From Demequinaceae bacterium (GTDB lineage: Bacteria > Actinomycetota > Actinomycetes > Actinomycetales > Demequinaceae), in NCBI GenBank assembly GCA_965250005.1, contig OZ252279.1, positions 1,500,001 to 1,532,000 of the forward strand: a stretch of DNA of 32,000 nt. Reading direction: 5' to 3'. Position 1 is the first letter of the stretch. Every line of letters starts with the position of its first letter. The notes below the pieces were generated by a model. It had not been told where the DNA came from and searched no databases. It worked only from the letters and a program-made list of their open reading frames with translations. Shown in pieces: positions 6,809 through 16,716 of this stretch. The translations under genes were made by a program, and so were the position numbers.

Positions 6809-9800
6809 CTAGGCGACCGTGCGGCGCAGGCGCCGTGCGCCCCATGTTGAGCCAAGTCCAGCCATCAACAGCGTGAGCGCCCACACGACTTCGGCCCAGA
6901 GTTTTGGGGGACCGCTGGCCGCGAGCTCCGCGGCCGTGAGCGTGATGGTGACGGAGACATCGTCGACGTCCGTGTACACCGTGAGAACGGCCGCGAGCGG
7001 GTCCGTCCACTCGACGCTTGCGGCGTTGAGGATCGATCCGGGCGTGGTGAGCGGATTAACCTCGGTAGAGACGACGATGTCTGGGGTGGTCCGTCCACGC
7101 GCGAGAGCTCCGTCGAGGATGCACGTGAGAACACCGCCATAGCCGTCTGGGTCGGTGACCACCAAATCGCACGTGTCCCAGTCGGGGACGGTCGCGTCCC
7201 CGGACAGTTCGATTGTGACATCCGTGACTTTCAGCACCGACGGGATGACGTCAATGAGAGTTACGTCGTCGGTGCTGCCGTAGGAAGTGCTTTCGACATT
7301 GATCCGGTACACGAGTACGCCCCCGCGCTCGACGACCAGGCGGTCGGCGGACTTGTTGACGATGAGTTCGGGCTCTGTGGTGGAATCGTCTGTGTCGTTG
7401 GAGGCGTCTGAGTCCGGGGTGTCGGACGACACGGTCGCTGTGTTGAGTACAAGTCCTACTACGGAGGCGTCAGCGGTCACGTCGAACTCAAACCAAGTCG
7501 AGCTGCCGTCCACCATTGTCCCGGCATTTGAGGTGAGCGTGCAGTCAATCATGCTCGCGTCACCACCATCAACTACGCAGGTCCAGCCGTCTCCAGCGGG
7601 GAACGTGAGCGCGCCCGCGTAGGTGAGTCCAGCGGGAAGTGTGTCGTCGACGACCACGTTGAGTGCGTCGGACGGACCGTTGTTAACCAATTCGATGCGA
7701 TAACGGCCGGTGCCGTTCGCGGGGATGTCGGAGGTGACGGTGCTCTTGACTAGCGCCAGGTCCGCATCAGTGTTGATCGGGTCGCTGTCGTCGTCAGTGT
7801 TGTTATCGGGGTCCGTGTCGGGAGTGGGATGCGCGACGGTCGCAGTGTTGTCGATGGTGCCCGTGGCTGAAGTCAGGATTGTGGCCGCTACGGTCAGAGT
7901 GGGCGTTGACGACGTCACGGCCAGTGCCGCTTCGGACCAACGGCAGACCAGCACGCCGCCAGCTGTAACTGGGTCGCATGCCCAGTCGGTGCCGGTCGCT
8001 ACAACGGTGTCCCAGTCGAGTTCGGAGGGTAGTGTGTCCGTCACCGTGAAAGTGGGTGCGGCGATCGAAGGACCGTTGTTGGTGACGTCGATTTCCCATG
8101 ACATGGATTCGCCGGCGACAAATGGTCCGCCAACGGAGTCTTTGGTGAGTTCGACGTCTGCGACAATCACGGTGCTCGCGGGGTCATCATCGTCGTTGTT
8201 CGGAGGGTTTGGATCGAATGTCCTTGCCGAGACGACGGCCGAGTTCGTGAAGTCGGAACTGGCCGCAAGGCTAGCGGGCAACGTGACGTTGATGGTGGCA
8301 ATGGGCAGGGCGCCTCCGGCGGCGATTGGGCCCGCGTGCGTAAGTGTGACGATCCCGGGGGCCGTCTCTGAACCGCTCCAACCTGTACCCGCGACACTCA
8401 CGAATGTGGCGCCGGCCGGCAGCGTGTCGGTAATAGCCACGGGACCGACGGCAGGGTCCCCGCCGGCGGCGTTGGTTACGGTGAGCGTCCACGAGAAGGC
8501 CGCTCCAGCTGTCGGGCTGCCAGTGTGGGCCTTGTCGATCGCAATGTCCGCTGAGTGGATCTGGACATCTGCGTCGGTGGAAGCGGTGTAGTTGCCAAGG
8601 GAATTGCCGGGCGCACCGGTGAGATCGTCAACGGTGACGACGGCGACGTTGGTGTGGTCGAACGCACTGCCTGTGTTCGAACCGTTCCACGTGGCACCCG
8701 CATCGGGGGTTGCGGTGTAGACGATAGTCACGGATTCCGAGGGAAGCAGGTCTGGCAGCGCGCTCCACGTAAGGACTTGGCTCGCGATTCCCGGATCGGC
8801 GGCAGGGGCACCGCCAACTGTCGTGGAGCCAGCGTTGTAGCTCCAGTCAACAAACAGGGTGTCTACGACCGTGACGTCCTCGGCTTCGCTGTCGCCGTCG
8901 TTCGTCACCACGATCGTGAAGATGTGTGCCTCCCCGATGTACGCAATCGACCCGGTTGGCGTTTTGGTGATCACTGGGTCCGGGAAATCGGGCGCCACCA
9001 CGGCGTCGGCCGCGGGCCCAGAATACTCGCGACGCTCGGGGGTGCTGAAACCCGTGCCGGTTGGGTGCGAGAAGAACTGTTCGACGTCAGCCACGTTGGT
9101 CAACGAGGACGCATCGAGGTATGACGATGCTGCGAGTGTGGCGTCGTACGTGAATGTGTGCGCGCTTCCCGCGCCCACGGCGAGCGACGCGAGCGTCCAC
9201 GTGATGGTTCCGCCGCCTGTGGTCGCACTTTCGCCGGTCAGCACGCCGCCGTCAGAAATTGACGCCTCGTTGACAATCACGTTGGTGGGAATGACGTCCT
9301 CAACGGTGACAGTGTAGGCGGTAGACGTTCCCGTGTTGGTCACTGTCACCCCGTAGCTGAATGCCTCGCCTGGCGCTACGGTGTCGGAGTCCAGGGAATT
9401 CACGAGCTTCGCGATCGCAAGCGTGGGCTCGACGATCGTGACGGTAGCCGTGGCAGGGGTGGTGCCGACGTTGCCGACATAACTTGCATCGGCAGGTGGG
9501 CCGACTATAACGCTGGCAGTGTTCCACCGGAGAGCCGCGGTGTTGACGATGGTGTCGCCTACGTCTGTGGCTACCTGGTCAAGCACGGTGGCGGTATATG
9601 TAGCGACGATCGTCCGGGTGTCGGCGTTGGAAGTGATGTCGCCGAGCCACCAGCCGATCGTGGTGCCAGCCGGGGTGAGGGCCGCTGCCGCGCCGGGGAG
9701 ATCTCCCGCGCAACTGCCGCCGCCGCCGTACGTGCAGGTGAAGACGACGGAGCCCGTGTCTACGGACATCGTGGCTGGAACGGTATCGATCATCGCTGTG

Positions 9801-12800
9801 TCGTAGAAGTTCACGTCGGCGGGCAGCGTGACGCTGATGGTGAAGTCGCGCTCCTCGCCGATTGTTGCGGTGGGAGAGTCCACTCCTTTGGTGAGCCCGG
9901 CGCCAAGGACCGTGATGGATTCCGTGGTCGAGTCTGTGTACGTTGCTCGGTCCGCCGCTGCATCATCGAGGCTGTAACCGGTGAGGCCCACGGAGTTGAC
10001 ATAGGTCGCGCCGCCGGCTGAGGCTGGCGATGCCGTGGCCGTGTACGTCAGCGTCTGGGGCGAGCCCGCGACGATGGCGCCGGCTTCCCACACGATCCGC
10101 GTTCCGGTGCATCCAGCGTCGGCGATGATGCTCGCGGAGCCCTGCGAAGGCCCGGCCACGTCGAGCGCCACCGACGTGAGTTCAACGGGCACGCAGTCAA
10201 TCACTTGCGTGTCGTAGGACGTGGGCCGGCCCGTGGTGTTGTTCGCCGTGAGCGTGTATGTAACGGTTTGGCCGGCAGTGACACTGTCGTCGGAGACGAG
10301 TTTGGCAATCTGCGGCTGTGGTTCGATTGCCGTCATCGAGCGGGTGCTGGAGCGGCTGTCCGTGTCTGACGTGAAACGTGTCCGGTCGCGCGGGGAACTC
10401 GAGTCCCCGTGGGTCCACGCAGAATCTGGGTCAATGTAGGCCTTGACGTGGACTGTGAAGACCTGCGCTGTGGCGGTCGTGTTCGTGTAGGACGCCGGGA
10501 ACGTCAGGCGTCCAGCGGCCGTGTCGATGGTGAAGGCCTGAGTGTTGTAGGTGAACCCGGTTGCACCCTCTGCCGTGGTTCCACCGGGGTACGTCACCTG
10601 GGTCGCCGTGGCGTCGACTACCCAGTCGGTGCTCGTGTCTGGCGTGATCCAACTGGAATTTGCTGAGTTTCGGACCTGGTCGTACAAGAGGCCATTGCCC
10701 ACGGTCGTGTACGCCGGGATGGTGACGGAAATGTCAAAGGTGCCTAGCTCTCCGGGGACCAGCTGCGTCGTCGTGTTGTTTGTGTCTGTAGGCGATGTTC
10801 GCACCTTGCTGACGGTGATACGCGGTAGGCGGACGCGCGAGTCGTCAATGGTGCCGGTGCCGACGGTGTTCCACGACGCGGACAAATCGCCGTCGAGCGA
10901 ATCCGACGGGTAGTACGTCTGAGAGTTCGGTACGGAACTCGCGTTGATATCAGCCGTGTAACTGATGATCGACGCGGTGTTGTCGATGTTGGTGCGGACC
11001 AGCATGGGCGTGGGGATTGTCACGTCGTACGTCAGCGTCTTGCGGGATTCGCCCGCGCCGCCGTCGTAAGGAACGGCGACTCCGGTCCAGACGATGACGG
11101 AGTTTCCGCCGCTCAGTCCGGCGGGGTAGCCGCCGTCGCCGCTGTCGTAGGCAACTCCGCCGTCGCTGATGCTGGATACATCGGCCTTAGTGATCTCGGA
11201 GGGGAGCTCGTCCCAAATTACGGCGTTATCCGCGGGGTATGGTTGCGCGTAGACGTCGACGCGGTAGGTGACGACCTCACCCTCGACTACCTCGATGTCG
11301 TCGCGATTGGAGGCGAAGGTTGTTCCGTCCGGTGCGTCCTGGGACCCGGCAGCGCGAGTCGACGACGAGGATGCGGCGTTGTCTAGCACGCTTTGAACGC
11401 CTTTGATGAGCCTGAGTTCGGGGTCAATGAGAACCGCCGCTTCTTCCCGCAGAAAAAACAGTTCGCCGTCTACGTTGTGCTGGCGGTATTTCATGAGGTT
11501 CTCGGGCTTGTCGAGCAGGATCCCGTTCGACGGCGCAACTACCGTCGCCCACATGTGAGCGGTGAATGTGGATCCGCGCGAAACGTAGAGGTCGCCGCCA
11601 GCCCCCACCGTTCCTACGGTCCACTCCAAGCGTCCGCCAGAGGGGTCGAGCGTGGTGGGTATCGTGGGCCCGACACTGCCGGCGATAACCGCGTATCCCT
11701 CATAGGTGAGCCCGGATGGAAGAAAGTCAGTGATAATGGGGTTGCGGACGTCCACCGAGCTGGGGAAGACAACCGAGAGTTCGAAGCAGACCGTGTCCCC
11801 CATGCGGAAGTCTGCGGCTACGTCTTCATTCCAGGTGGCGGTGCCGGATGTGCACGGGTCGGTCCCGGCGCCCAAGTCTTGAATGACGTCCGTGCGGTCC
11901 ATTACACGCTTGTTGATGGTGGTGAAGTCGGTGGGCATGGACTCGCCCGAGTCGTCCCAGACGTTCCACGTGGGGGGGAACCAGGCCTGAAGGTCGGTGA
12001 CAGCGTCGGTGACAGCGGTGAACTCAACGGTATTGCCGAACGAGTCGCCCGAGGTGGTGGGGCCGTATTCGGTGGCGAGTTCGTAGTCTCCGCGGTTGAG
12101 AGCCTTGTACGTGATGGTGTGCGTGTCGTTGGCGGGAAGAGTCAACGTTCCAGGAACTGGATAGGTCGCAGAGGTGGGCCGCAGCACCATATCCCAGGTT
12201 CCGTCGGCGTAGACCGTCACGGAGTCTACGTGCGCCCCGGTGACCACCCCATTGATCGATGTGCAGTCGGTGACGGTCAGTCCGGATGCGTTTGTAAGCG
12301 GGGTGCCGGTAGGAACAAGCGGGCACAGGCCATTGCTCATGGAGTCGGTCAGCACGATGCTGGAGGAGTCCATGTATTCGCTCGCCTGAAGCGTGAGTTC
12401 GAAAGTGGTCTGCTCATCCGTGTCGAACGTGGCACCCGCGGTGATCGCCTTCAATACCGCCAGGTCCATCGCGTAGATGATTTCGGTCGCGCGGTCAGTT
12501 GTTGCACGGGGTGCGGCGGTGCGCACGATTCCCGCGTAGTCCCCGCCGACGTTCGCGACGTTGGTCCATACGTCCCCGTCGATTGGCGTAGCTGGGTCGC
12601 CGTGGCGGGTGGACGCGCCAGTGTTGTTGTCCAAGTTTGCGGTTTGGCCAAGCGAGGCGGCAGTCGGGGTCGCGGCGGGCGTCCACGCGATGGTGTTCTC
12701 GTACAGTGGTACGGCCGCGGCGTATTTCACATACGTGGTGGTTCCCATCGCTAGAGTGCCCAAGTCCCATTCCACCCGGGTGTATACGAGCCCCTCGGTG

Positions 12801-13780
12801 ACGCCGTAGGTAGTTGCGTCTGCGGCGCTCGCGACCACCGTGTCGACGCTTGTGGGCGTGGGGCAGTCGGTCGCGATGACCGGCGTGCCGGTAAGGTCGG
12901 GCGCGTCGAAATACTCGCTAACGGCAACGGAGTCGCCTGTATCCCAATCGATAGTGGAGTTGTCGACTGCGCCGCAACCCAGGAACTCAAGGCCTGCGGG
13001 GATGTAGTCCACCAGGATCACATTATCGGTATCGCCCTCGGTGGTGTTCTCGATCTCGAGCGTGTACACCGTTGTCTGGTCGTGGACTCCGCGCGGAAGT
13101 TCGGATTCGGGGTGGGGCTCCACCTTCGTCATGTCTAGGGCGATCATGGTCGTCGTTTTCGAGGATGGCCCAGCCGAGCCAGTCTCGGCGATCGCGGTGG
13201 CTCCGCCCACGCCGGTAGAACCGCCAAAAACGGGGAGCAGGGAGGAGGTGCCGCCCAGGTACGCGTACGCGTCCAGGTCATACGTCGAGCCGACCGGGAA
13301 CACCGTCGTCACGGCGGTCTCGCCCGTGCCCTTCGGTGAGGGCTGGGTGGGCGTCACGGTGACGGTTCCCTGGTATGTGCCGGAGGCAGGCAGGTCAGAG
13401 ACGTCTTCCCACACCCACCGGAGCAAACCGGTGGCGAGTGGCGGCACTAGCGGGTCGCTCGAGTCATAGATCACGGGGGTGCCGAGCGTCGAGGAGTCGA
13501 ACGCAATGCCCTCTGGCACGTCGAGAACAAGCGCGAGGTTAAAGCCGTCAATGCCGCCGGTGTTTGTGGCGCTGATCGTGTACGTCGCGCTGTTGCCAGC
13601 GATGACCTCGCCAGGACCGGTGATCGACACGGCCGCGGTGGGGGCGGTCGCATGGGCGGGGCTCGCGATACCCGCCAGCGTCACGGGGCCGACGAGGAAC
13701 GCGAGCAGAAGAATTCGCGCAGGGTTCCTGAGCGGTTTACGCGCGCCACGGCGTTTCTCAGGCAAATGGAGTTCCCTCAC
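6809..13780 (-). CDS. Giant (2323 aa) cell-surface protein with DUF11-type ('conserved repeat domain') Ig-like repeats
   Basis: One uninterrupted ORF. Signal peptide (...LAGIASPAHA/TAP). About ten repeats share the DUF11 signature, e.g. FSYGVTVTNTGTSTAYTVTVEDVIP, FSWTLTVTNAAGGDP..ITDTLPAG, MSWEIDVTNNGPS..VTDTLPSEL, RYRIELVNNGPSDALNVVVDDTLPAGL. They are joined by Asp/Asn-rich linkers (PNNDDDDP, DTDPDNNTDDDSDP). The C-terminus has LAASG, a hydrophobic helix and RRLRR. Confidence 0.9.
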   Translation of the reverse strand: MRELHLPEKRRGARKPLRNPARILLLAFLVGPVTLAGIASPAHATAPTAAVSITGPGEVIAGNSATYTISATNTGGIDGFNLALVLDVPEGIAFDSSTLGTPVIYDSSDPLVPPLATGLLRWVWEDVSDLPASGTYQGTVTVTPTQPSPKGTGETAVTTVFPVGSTYDLDAYAYLGGTSSLLPVFGGSTGVGGATAIAETGSAGPSSKTTTMIALDMTKVEPHPESELPRGVHDQTTVYTLEIENTTEGDTDNVILVDYIPAGLEFLGCGAVDNSTIDWDTGDSVAVSEYFDAPDLTGTPVIATDCPTPTSVDTVVASAADATTYGVTEGLVYTRVEWDLGTLAMGTTTYVKYAAAVPLYENTIAWTPAATPTAASLGQTANLDNNTGASTRHGDPATPIDGDVWTNVANVGGDYAGIVRTAAPRATTDRATEIIYAMDLAVLKAITAGATFDTDEQTTFELTLQASEYMDSSSIVLTDSMSNGLCPLVPTGTPLTNASGLTVTDCTSINGVVTGAHVDSVTVYADGTWDMVLRPTSATYPVPGTLTLPANDTHTITYKALNRGDYELATEYGPTTSGDSFGNTVEFTAVTDAVTDLQAWFPPTWNVWDDSGESMPTDFTTINKRVMDRTDVIQDLGAGTDPCTSGTATWNEDVAADFRMGDTVCFELSVVFPSSVDVRNPIITDFLPSGLTYEGYAVIAGSVGPTIPTTLDPSGGRLEWTVGTVGAGGDLYVSRGSTFTAHMWATVVAPSNGILLDKPENLMKYRQHNVDGELFFLREEAAVLIDPELRLIKGVQSVLDNAASSSSTRAAGSQDAPDGTTFASNRDDIEVVEGEVVTYRVDVYAQPYPADNAVIWDELPSEITKADVSSISDGGVAYDSGDGGYPAGLSGGNSVIVWTGVAVPYDGGAGESRKTLTYDVTIPTPMLVRTNIDNTASIISYTADINASSVPNSQTYYPSDSLDGDLSASWNTVGTGTIDDSRVRLPRITVSKVRTSPTDTNNTTTQLVPGELGTFDISVTIPAYTTVGNGLLYDQVRNSANSSWITPDTSTDWVVDATATQVTYPGGTTAEGATGFTYNTQAFTIDTAAGRLTFPASYTNTTATAQVFTVHVKAYIDPDSAWTHGDSSSPRDRTRFTSDTDSRSSTRSMTAIEPQPQIAKLVSDDSVTAGQTVTYTLTANNTTGRPTSYDTQVIDCVPVELTSVALDVAGPSQGSASIIADAGCTGTRIVWEAGAIVAGSPQTLTYTATASPASAGGATYVNSVGLTGYSLDDAAADRATYTDSTTESITVLGAGLTKGVDSPTATIGEERDFTISVTLPADVNFYDTAMIDTVPATMSVDTGSVVFTCTYGGGGSCAGDLPGAAAALTPAGTTIGWWLGDITSNADTRTIVATYTATVLDQVATDVGDTIVNTAALRWNTASVIVGPPADASYVGNVGTTPATATVTIVEPTLAIAKLVNSLDSDTVAPGEAFSYGVTVTNTGTSTAYTVTVEDVIPTNVIVNEASISDGGVLTGESATTGGGTITWTLASLAVGAGSAHTFTYDATLAASSYLDASSLTNVADVEQFFSHPTGTGFSTPERREYSGPAADAVVAPDFPDPVITKTPTGSIAYIGEAHIFTIVVTNDGDSEAEDVTVVDTLFVDWSYNAGSTTVGGAPAADPGIASQVLTWSALPDLLPSESVTIVYTATPDAGATWNGSNTGSAFDHTNVAVVTVDDLTGAPGNSLGNYTASTDADVQIHSADIAIDKAHTGSPTAGAAFSWTLTVTNAAGGDPAVGPVAITDTLPAGATFVSVAGTGWSGSETAPGIVTLTHAGPIAAGGALPIATINVTLPASLAASSDFTNSAVVSARTFDPNPPNNDDDDPASTVIVADVELTKDSVGGPFVAGESMSWEIDVTNNGPSIAAPTFTVTDTLPSELDWDTVVATGTDWACDPVTAGGVLVCRWSEAALAVTSSTPTLTVAATILTSATGTIDNTATVAHPTPDTDPDNNTDDDSDPINTDADLALVKSTVTSDIPANGTGRYRIELVNNGPSDALNVVVDDTLPAGLTYAGALTFPAGDGWTCVVDGGDASMIDCTLTSNAGTMVDGSSTWFEFDVTADASVVGLVLNTATVSSDTPDSDASNDTDDSTTEPELIVNKSADRLVVERGGVLVYRINVESTSYGSTDDVTLIDVIPSVLKVTDVTIELSGDATVPDWDTCDLVVTDPDGYGGVLTCILDGALARGRTTPDIVVSTEVNPLTTPGSILNAASVEWTDPLAAVLTVYTDVDDVSVTITLTAAELAASGPPKLWAEVVWALTLLMAGLGSTWGARRLRRTVA

Positions 13781-13844
13781 CCGTCGAGCCTATTGATGAT
13801 TATGCCGATTGGCGACCTGATACTGGGTGATCCGCGTCACTTTG

Positions 13845-15053
13845 TTATCGGTGATGCTGGGCAGGGACGCGATCCGCGAAGCGCATGGCGACCGAACCAA
13901 CGATGGCCAGGATCAACACGTACGCAGCGGCCAGGGGACCAAGTTGACTCTCGACCCCCGCCGCAACACCTAACCCAGCGATAACGATGGAGAATTCACC
14001 GCGCGGAATGAGCGAGAGTCCGGTGCGCCATCGACCCTTGTGCCCGATCCCCGCGTGCCGCGCAGCCCACCACCCGGTGGCGGTCTTCGTGATTGCCGTG
14101 AGAAGTGCGAGCGCGATCGCAGGAATCAGCACCGGGAGAAGGTCACGCGGATCAATTTGGAGCCCGAAGAACACGAAGAAGAGCCCTCCAAACACATCGC
14201 GAAGTGGCGGGAGGAGACCGCGAACGTCGTCGGCGACTTGACCAGAGAACGTGAGTCCGAGTAGGAACGCTCCGACAGCCGCGCTGACCTGGACCGCGTC
14301 CGCGAGCCCTGCAACCAGAAATGTGAGACCGAGCACTGTGAGAAGCAGAAGCTCGCGAGAGTGGGAATGAACCACCTGCGAGACTTGCCGGCTCAGCCGG
14401 AAGGCGACGAAGAACGCTAGGCCCACGGCGCCAATCGCGATACCCGCCGCGACGGCACCTTGCGCAATTGTCGCACCGGCGAGCAGGACTGCGAGCAGCG
14501 GGAGGAATATCGCCATGGCGATGTCTTCCATGACCAGCAGGCTCATCAGCACGGGGGTTTCGCGGTTGGCGACGCGGCCAAGATCATCGAGGAGTTTCGC
14601 GATGATTCCGGACGACGAGATATAAGTGACTCCCGCGAGAAGAAGCGACGCGGTAGTGGACCAGCCTAGAAGGTAGCCTGCGGCGAAGCCGGGGACGGCA
14701 TTGGCGAGCAGATCGACGATCCCTCCGAGCCACGTGGTGCGCATCCCGTCGCGAAGGTCCTGAGGGGAGTACTCGAGGCCGAGCAAGAGAAGAAGCAGCA
14801 CCACACCAATGTCCGCGCCTACCTCGATGAACTCTTCGCCCGCGCTGATCGGGATGATCCCGCCGGTGCCCATGACGAGGCCACCCAGCAGGTAGAGCGG
14901 AATGGACGGAATCCCGATCCTGTATGCGAGCCGGCCAAGGACCGCGAGCGTGAGGAGGACGACCCCGAGCTCGATGAGTACGTTGCCCGTGAAGTCTGAG
15001 GCGGCCCCAGATACCGCCTCCGCAGCTTCTGATGGGAGCCATTGGCGCCGCAT
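13845..15053 (-). CDS. Cation:proton antiporter, CPA2 family (KhtU/KefB-like membrane subunit, no fused KTN domain)
   Basis: 402 aa and polytopic. Has the typical Na+/H+-exchanger-family start (LIELGVVLLTLAVLGRLAYRIGIPSIPLYLLGGLVMG) and internal LGLEYSP and GEFS motifs. Starts 3 nt after the TrkA-C gene stop. Confidence 0.85.
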   Translation of the reverse strand: MRRQWLPSEAAEAVSGAASDFTGNVLIELGVVLLTLAVLGRLAYRIGIPSIPLYLLGGLVMGTGGIIPISAGEEFIEVGADIGVVLLLLLLGLEYSPQDLRDGMRTTWLGGIVDLLANAVPGFAAGYLLGWSTTASLLLAGVTYISSSGIIAKLLDDLGRVANRETPVLMSLLVMEDIAMAIFLPLLAVLLAGATIAQGAVAAGIAIGAVGLAFFVAFRLSRQVSQVVHSHSRELLLLTVLGLTFLVAGLADAVQVSAAVGAFLLGLTFSGQVADDVRGLLPPLRDVFGGLFFVFFGLQIDPRDLLPVLIPAIALALLTAITKTATGWWAARHAGIGHKGRWRTGLSLIPRGEFSIVIAGLGVAAGVESQLGPLAAAYVLILAIVGSVAMRFADRVPAQHHR

Positions 15054-15056
15054 CGG

Positions 15057-15557
15057 CTATCCCGTGAGGATTGTCGTCGCCTGTGTAACCGCTTCTGCGC
15101 TGCCCATGATCAAGACGGTGTCGCCCGCGAGCAACTGAAATCCTGGTCCGGGCCCTGGCACGGCCGCCTCGCCTCGGATGATTGCCACGACGGAGGCGCC
15201 GGTGGATGTGCGGATCTTGCCGTCGGCGATCCGCCTGTTGGTGAGCCCTCCGTCGACGGGCATCGTGACCCACTCAATGGCCAGCCCCTCAACCTGGTGG
15301 CGCAACTCATCGAGCCGGGTGGTGATGTTGGTGCCACCAAGGAGTTCTGCGAGGTGGCCAGCGTCGCCCTCGCTCAATTCGACCGTGCCGCTGCAAGCGT
15401 CTGGATCGTCGCGGTCGTAAATGGCGACATCGCGCTTGCCGTCACGTCGAACGACTACCCCGATGCGGTCGCCGGATTCAGCCGAAAACTCGTATCGCGT
15501 GCCTATGCCGGGGAGAGGAGTTTCGAAGATGTCCATGAGTCGAGCATCCCACGGCAC
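15057..15557 (-). CDS. K+/H+ antiporter regulatory subunit, TrkA-C domain protein (KhtT-like)
   Basis: DIFETPLPGIGTRYEF resembles the N-terminus of KhtT-type regulators. The C-terminal RCK_C/TrkA-C pattern (ASVVAIIRGEAAVPGPGPGFQLLAGDTVLIMG) is present. The start is ambiguous: GTG 15557 or ATG 15536. Confidence 0.8.
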   Translation of the reverse strand: MPWDARLMDIFETPLPGIGTRYEFSAESGDRIGVVVRRDGKRDVAIYDRDDPDACSGTVELSEGDAGHLAELLGGTNITTRLDELRHQVEGLAIEWVTMPVDGGLTNRRIADGKIRTSTGASVVAIIRGEAAVPGPGPGFQLLAGDTVLIMGSAEAVTQATTILTG

Positions 15558-15569
15558 TTGCGCGCCGGT

Positions 15570-16544
15570 CTAGGAAGCTTTGGTGCGCACCGAAGCCTTC
15601 GGGTATAGAAGAGACTCTGCGCGGGGCCTTTTCACCAAGTGGCGATCGCCAATTCGACTCCACCCGTAGCGGGACATGAACGGGTTGTCGGAGAGCGCAT
15701 AGCGGAGCATAAACAGTTGTCTGTAGGCGAAGATGCGGCCACGAGTGGCATCGGTCAGGTGGCTGAAGACTTCTGCCCCGATGCTGGACGCCTCGGCGGG
15801 GAGCAACATTGAGGCGGCAGCGTTATCCACGGCTGGGTCGCCAGCGCCCAGCGTGTGCCAGTCGCAGATCCCGGCGAATGTGCCGCGATCCGAGAGCACA
15901 GTGAGCGGCGACAACGCGCCGTGCGTCCAGTGGGGAGGGATGTCAACAGGGAGCTTCGCGCCGGCTTCCCAGACGGCGGTGAACGCGGGGACGTCGATGC
16001 GCTCGCCGAACGGCCCGAGCGCATCCGCAGCGCGGAGCGCAAGTTGGCTCCACTCATCGAAGTGGTCGGCGAGGGGGCGTGAAGTGATGGTGCTCTCTGG
16101 GGCGTCGCGCGGCGATGGCTGGTGTAGTTGGTAGATCGCCTTCGCGAAGGCCCCCGCAGACTCGGGCGAGAGCGGAACCACAGCAGCCGTCGAGGCTGCT
16201 ATCCACTTGGCAATCACCCAATTGAAGGGGTAGTCATTGGTTGGACTTCCGGAAACAACGGGGGTGCTCACTGCGAACGTGAACCTCTTCGTGATTCGCT
16301 CGATCCAATCGCCGACGCGGTCGAATTCATCGGAAACAGCAGCGACAGTTGGCAAAGCCAACACATAATCGTCGCCGAGGCGCACGGCGACGTGGTCTCC
16401 TACGTCGTAGTGGCGGCCTATCTCGTAGTGGCTGTATTGCGGGGCCTGATCCTTGAGGAGGGCGCTAACAAGGTCGTCGCTCACGGCGACGCTTTGGGTG
16501 CCATCCAAAGGCGCGTTGCCCATGTACCGAATGTAACCCCGCAC
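15570..16544 (-). CDS. Aminoglycoside-phosphotransferase-fold (APH/kinase-like) protein with substituted catalytic loop
   Basis: APH-like layout, with ICDWHTLGAGDPAVD matching the conserved IDW...GDP..D block. The catalytic-loop position reads HGALSPLT (15900-15923) where APH enzymes have HGDLxxxN. The start is ambiguous: GTG 16544 or ATG 16523. Confidence 0.75.
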   Translation of the reverse strand: MRGYIRYMGNAPLDGTQSVAVSDDLVSALLKDQAPQYSHYEIGRHYDVGDHVAVRLGDDYVLALPTVAAVSDEFDRVGDWIERITKRFTFAVSTPVVSGSPTNDYPFNWVIAKWIAASTAAVVPLSPESAGAFAKAIYQLHQPSPRDAPESTITSRPLADHFDEWSQLALRAADALGPFGERIDVPAFTAVWEAGAKLPVDIPPHWTHGALSPLTVLSDRGTFAGICDWHTLGAGDPAVDNAAASMLLPAEASSIGAEVFSHLTDATRGRIFAYRQLFMLRYALSDNPFMSRYGWSRIGDRHLVKRPRAESLLYPKASVRTKAS

Positions 16545-16716
16545 TCGCGATACGCATACCCCCCAGTTTCAGGGGATCGCGACTAGTGGTGAGCGAGCGA
16601 CCGCGACCCACGCGGACCGGCTGCACGATGTGAGGATCCCTTGGTGAATCCCAGCTTTCCTGTTGAGTGCCTATCGGTCATTGCGGTGGACTCGTGCTTA
16701 GCCGCTGGGCACCGCC

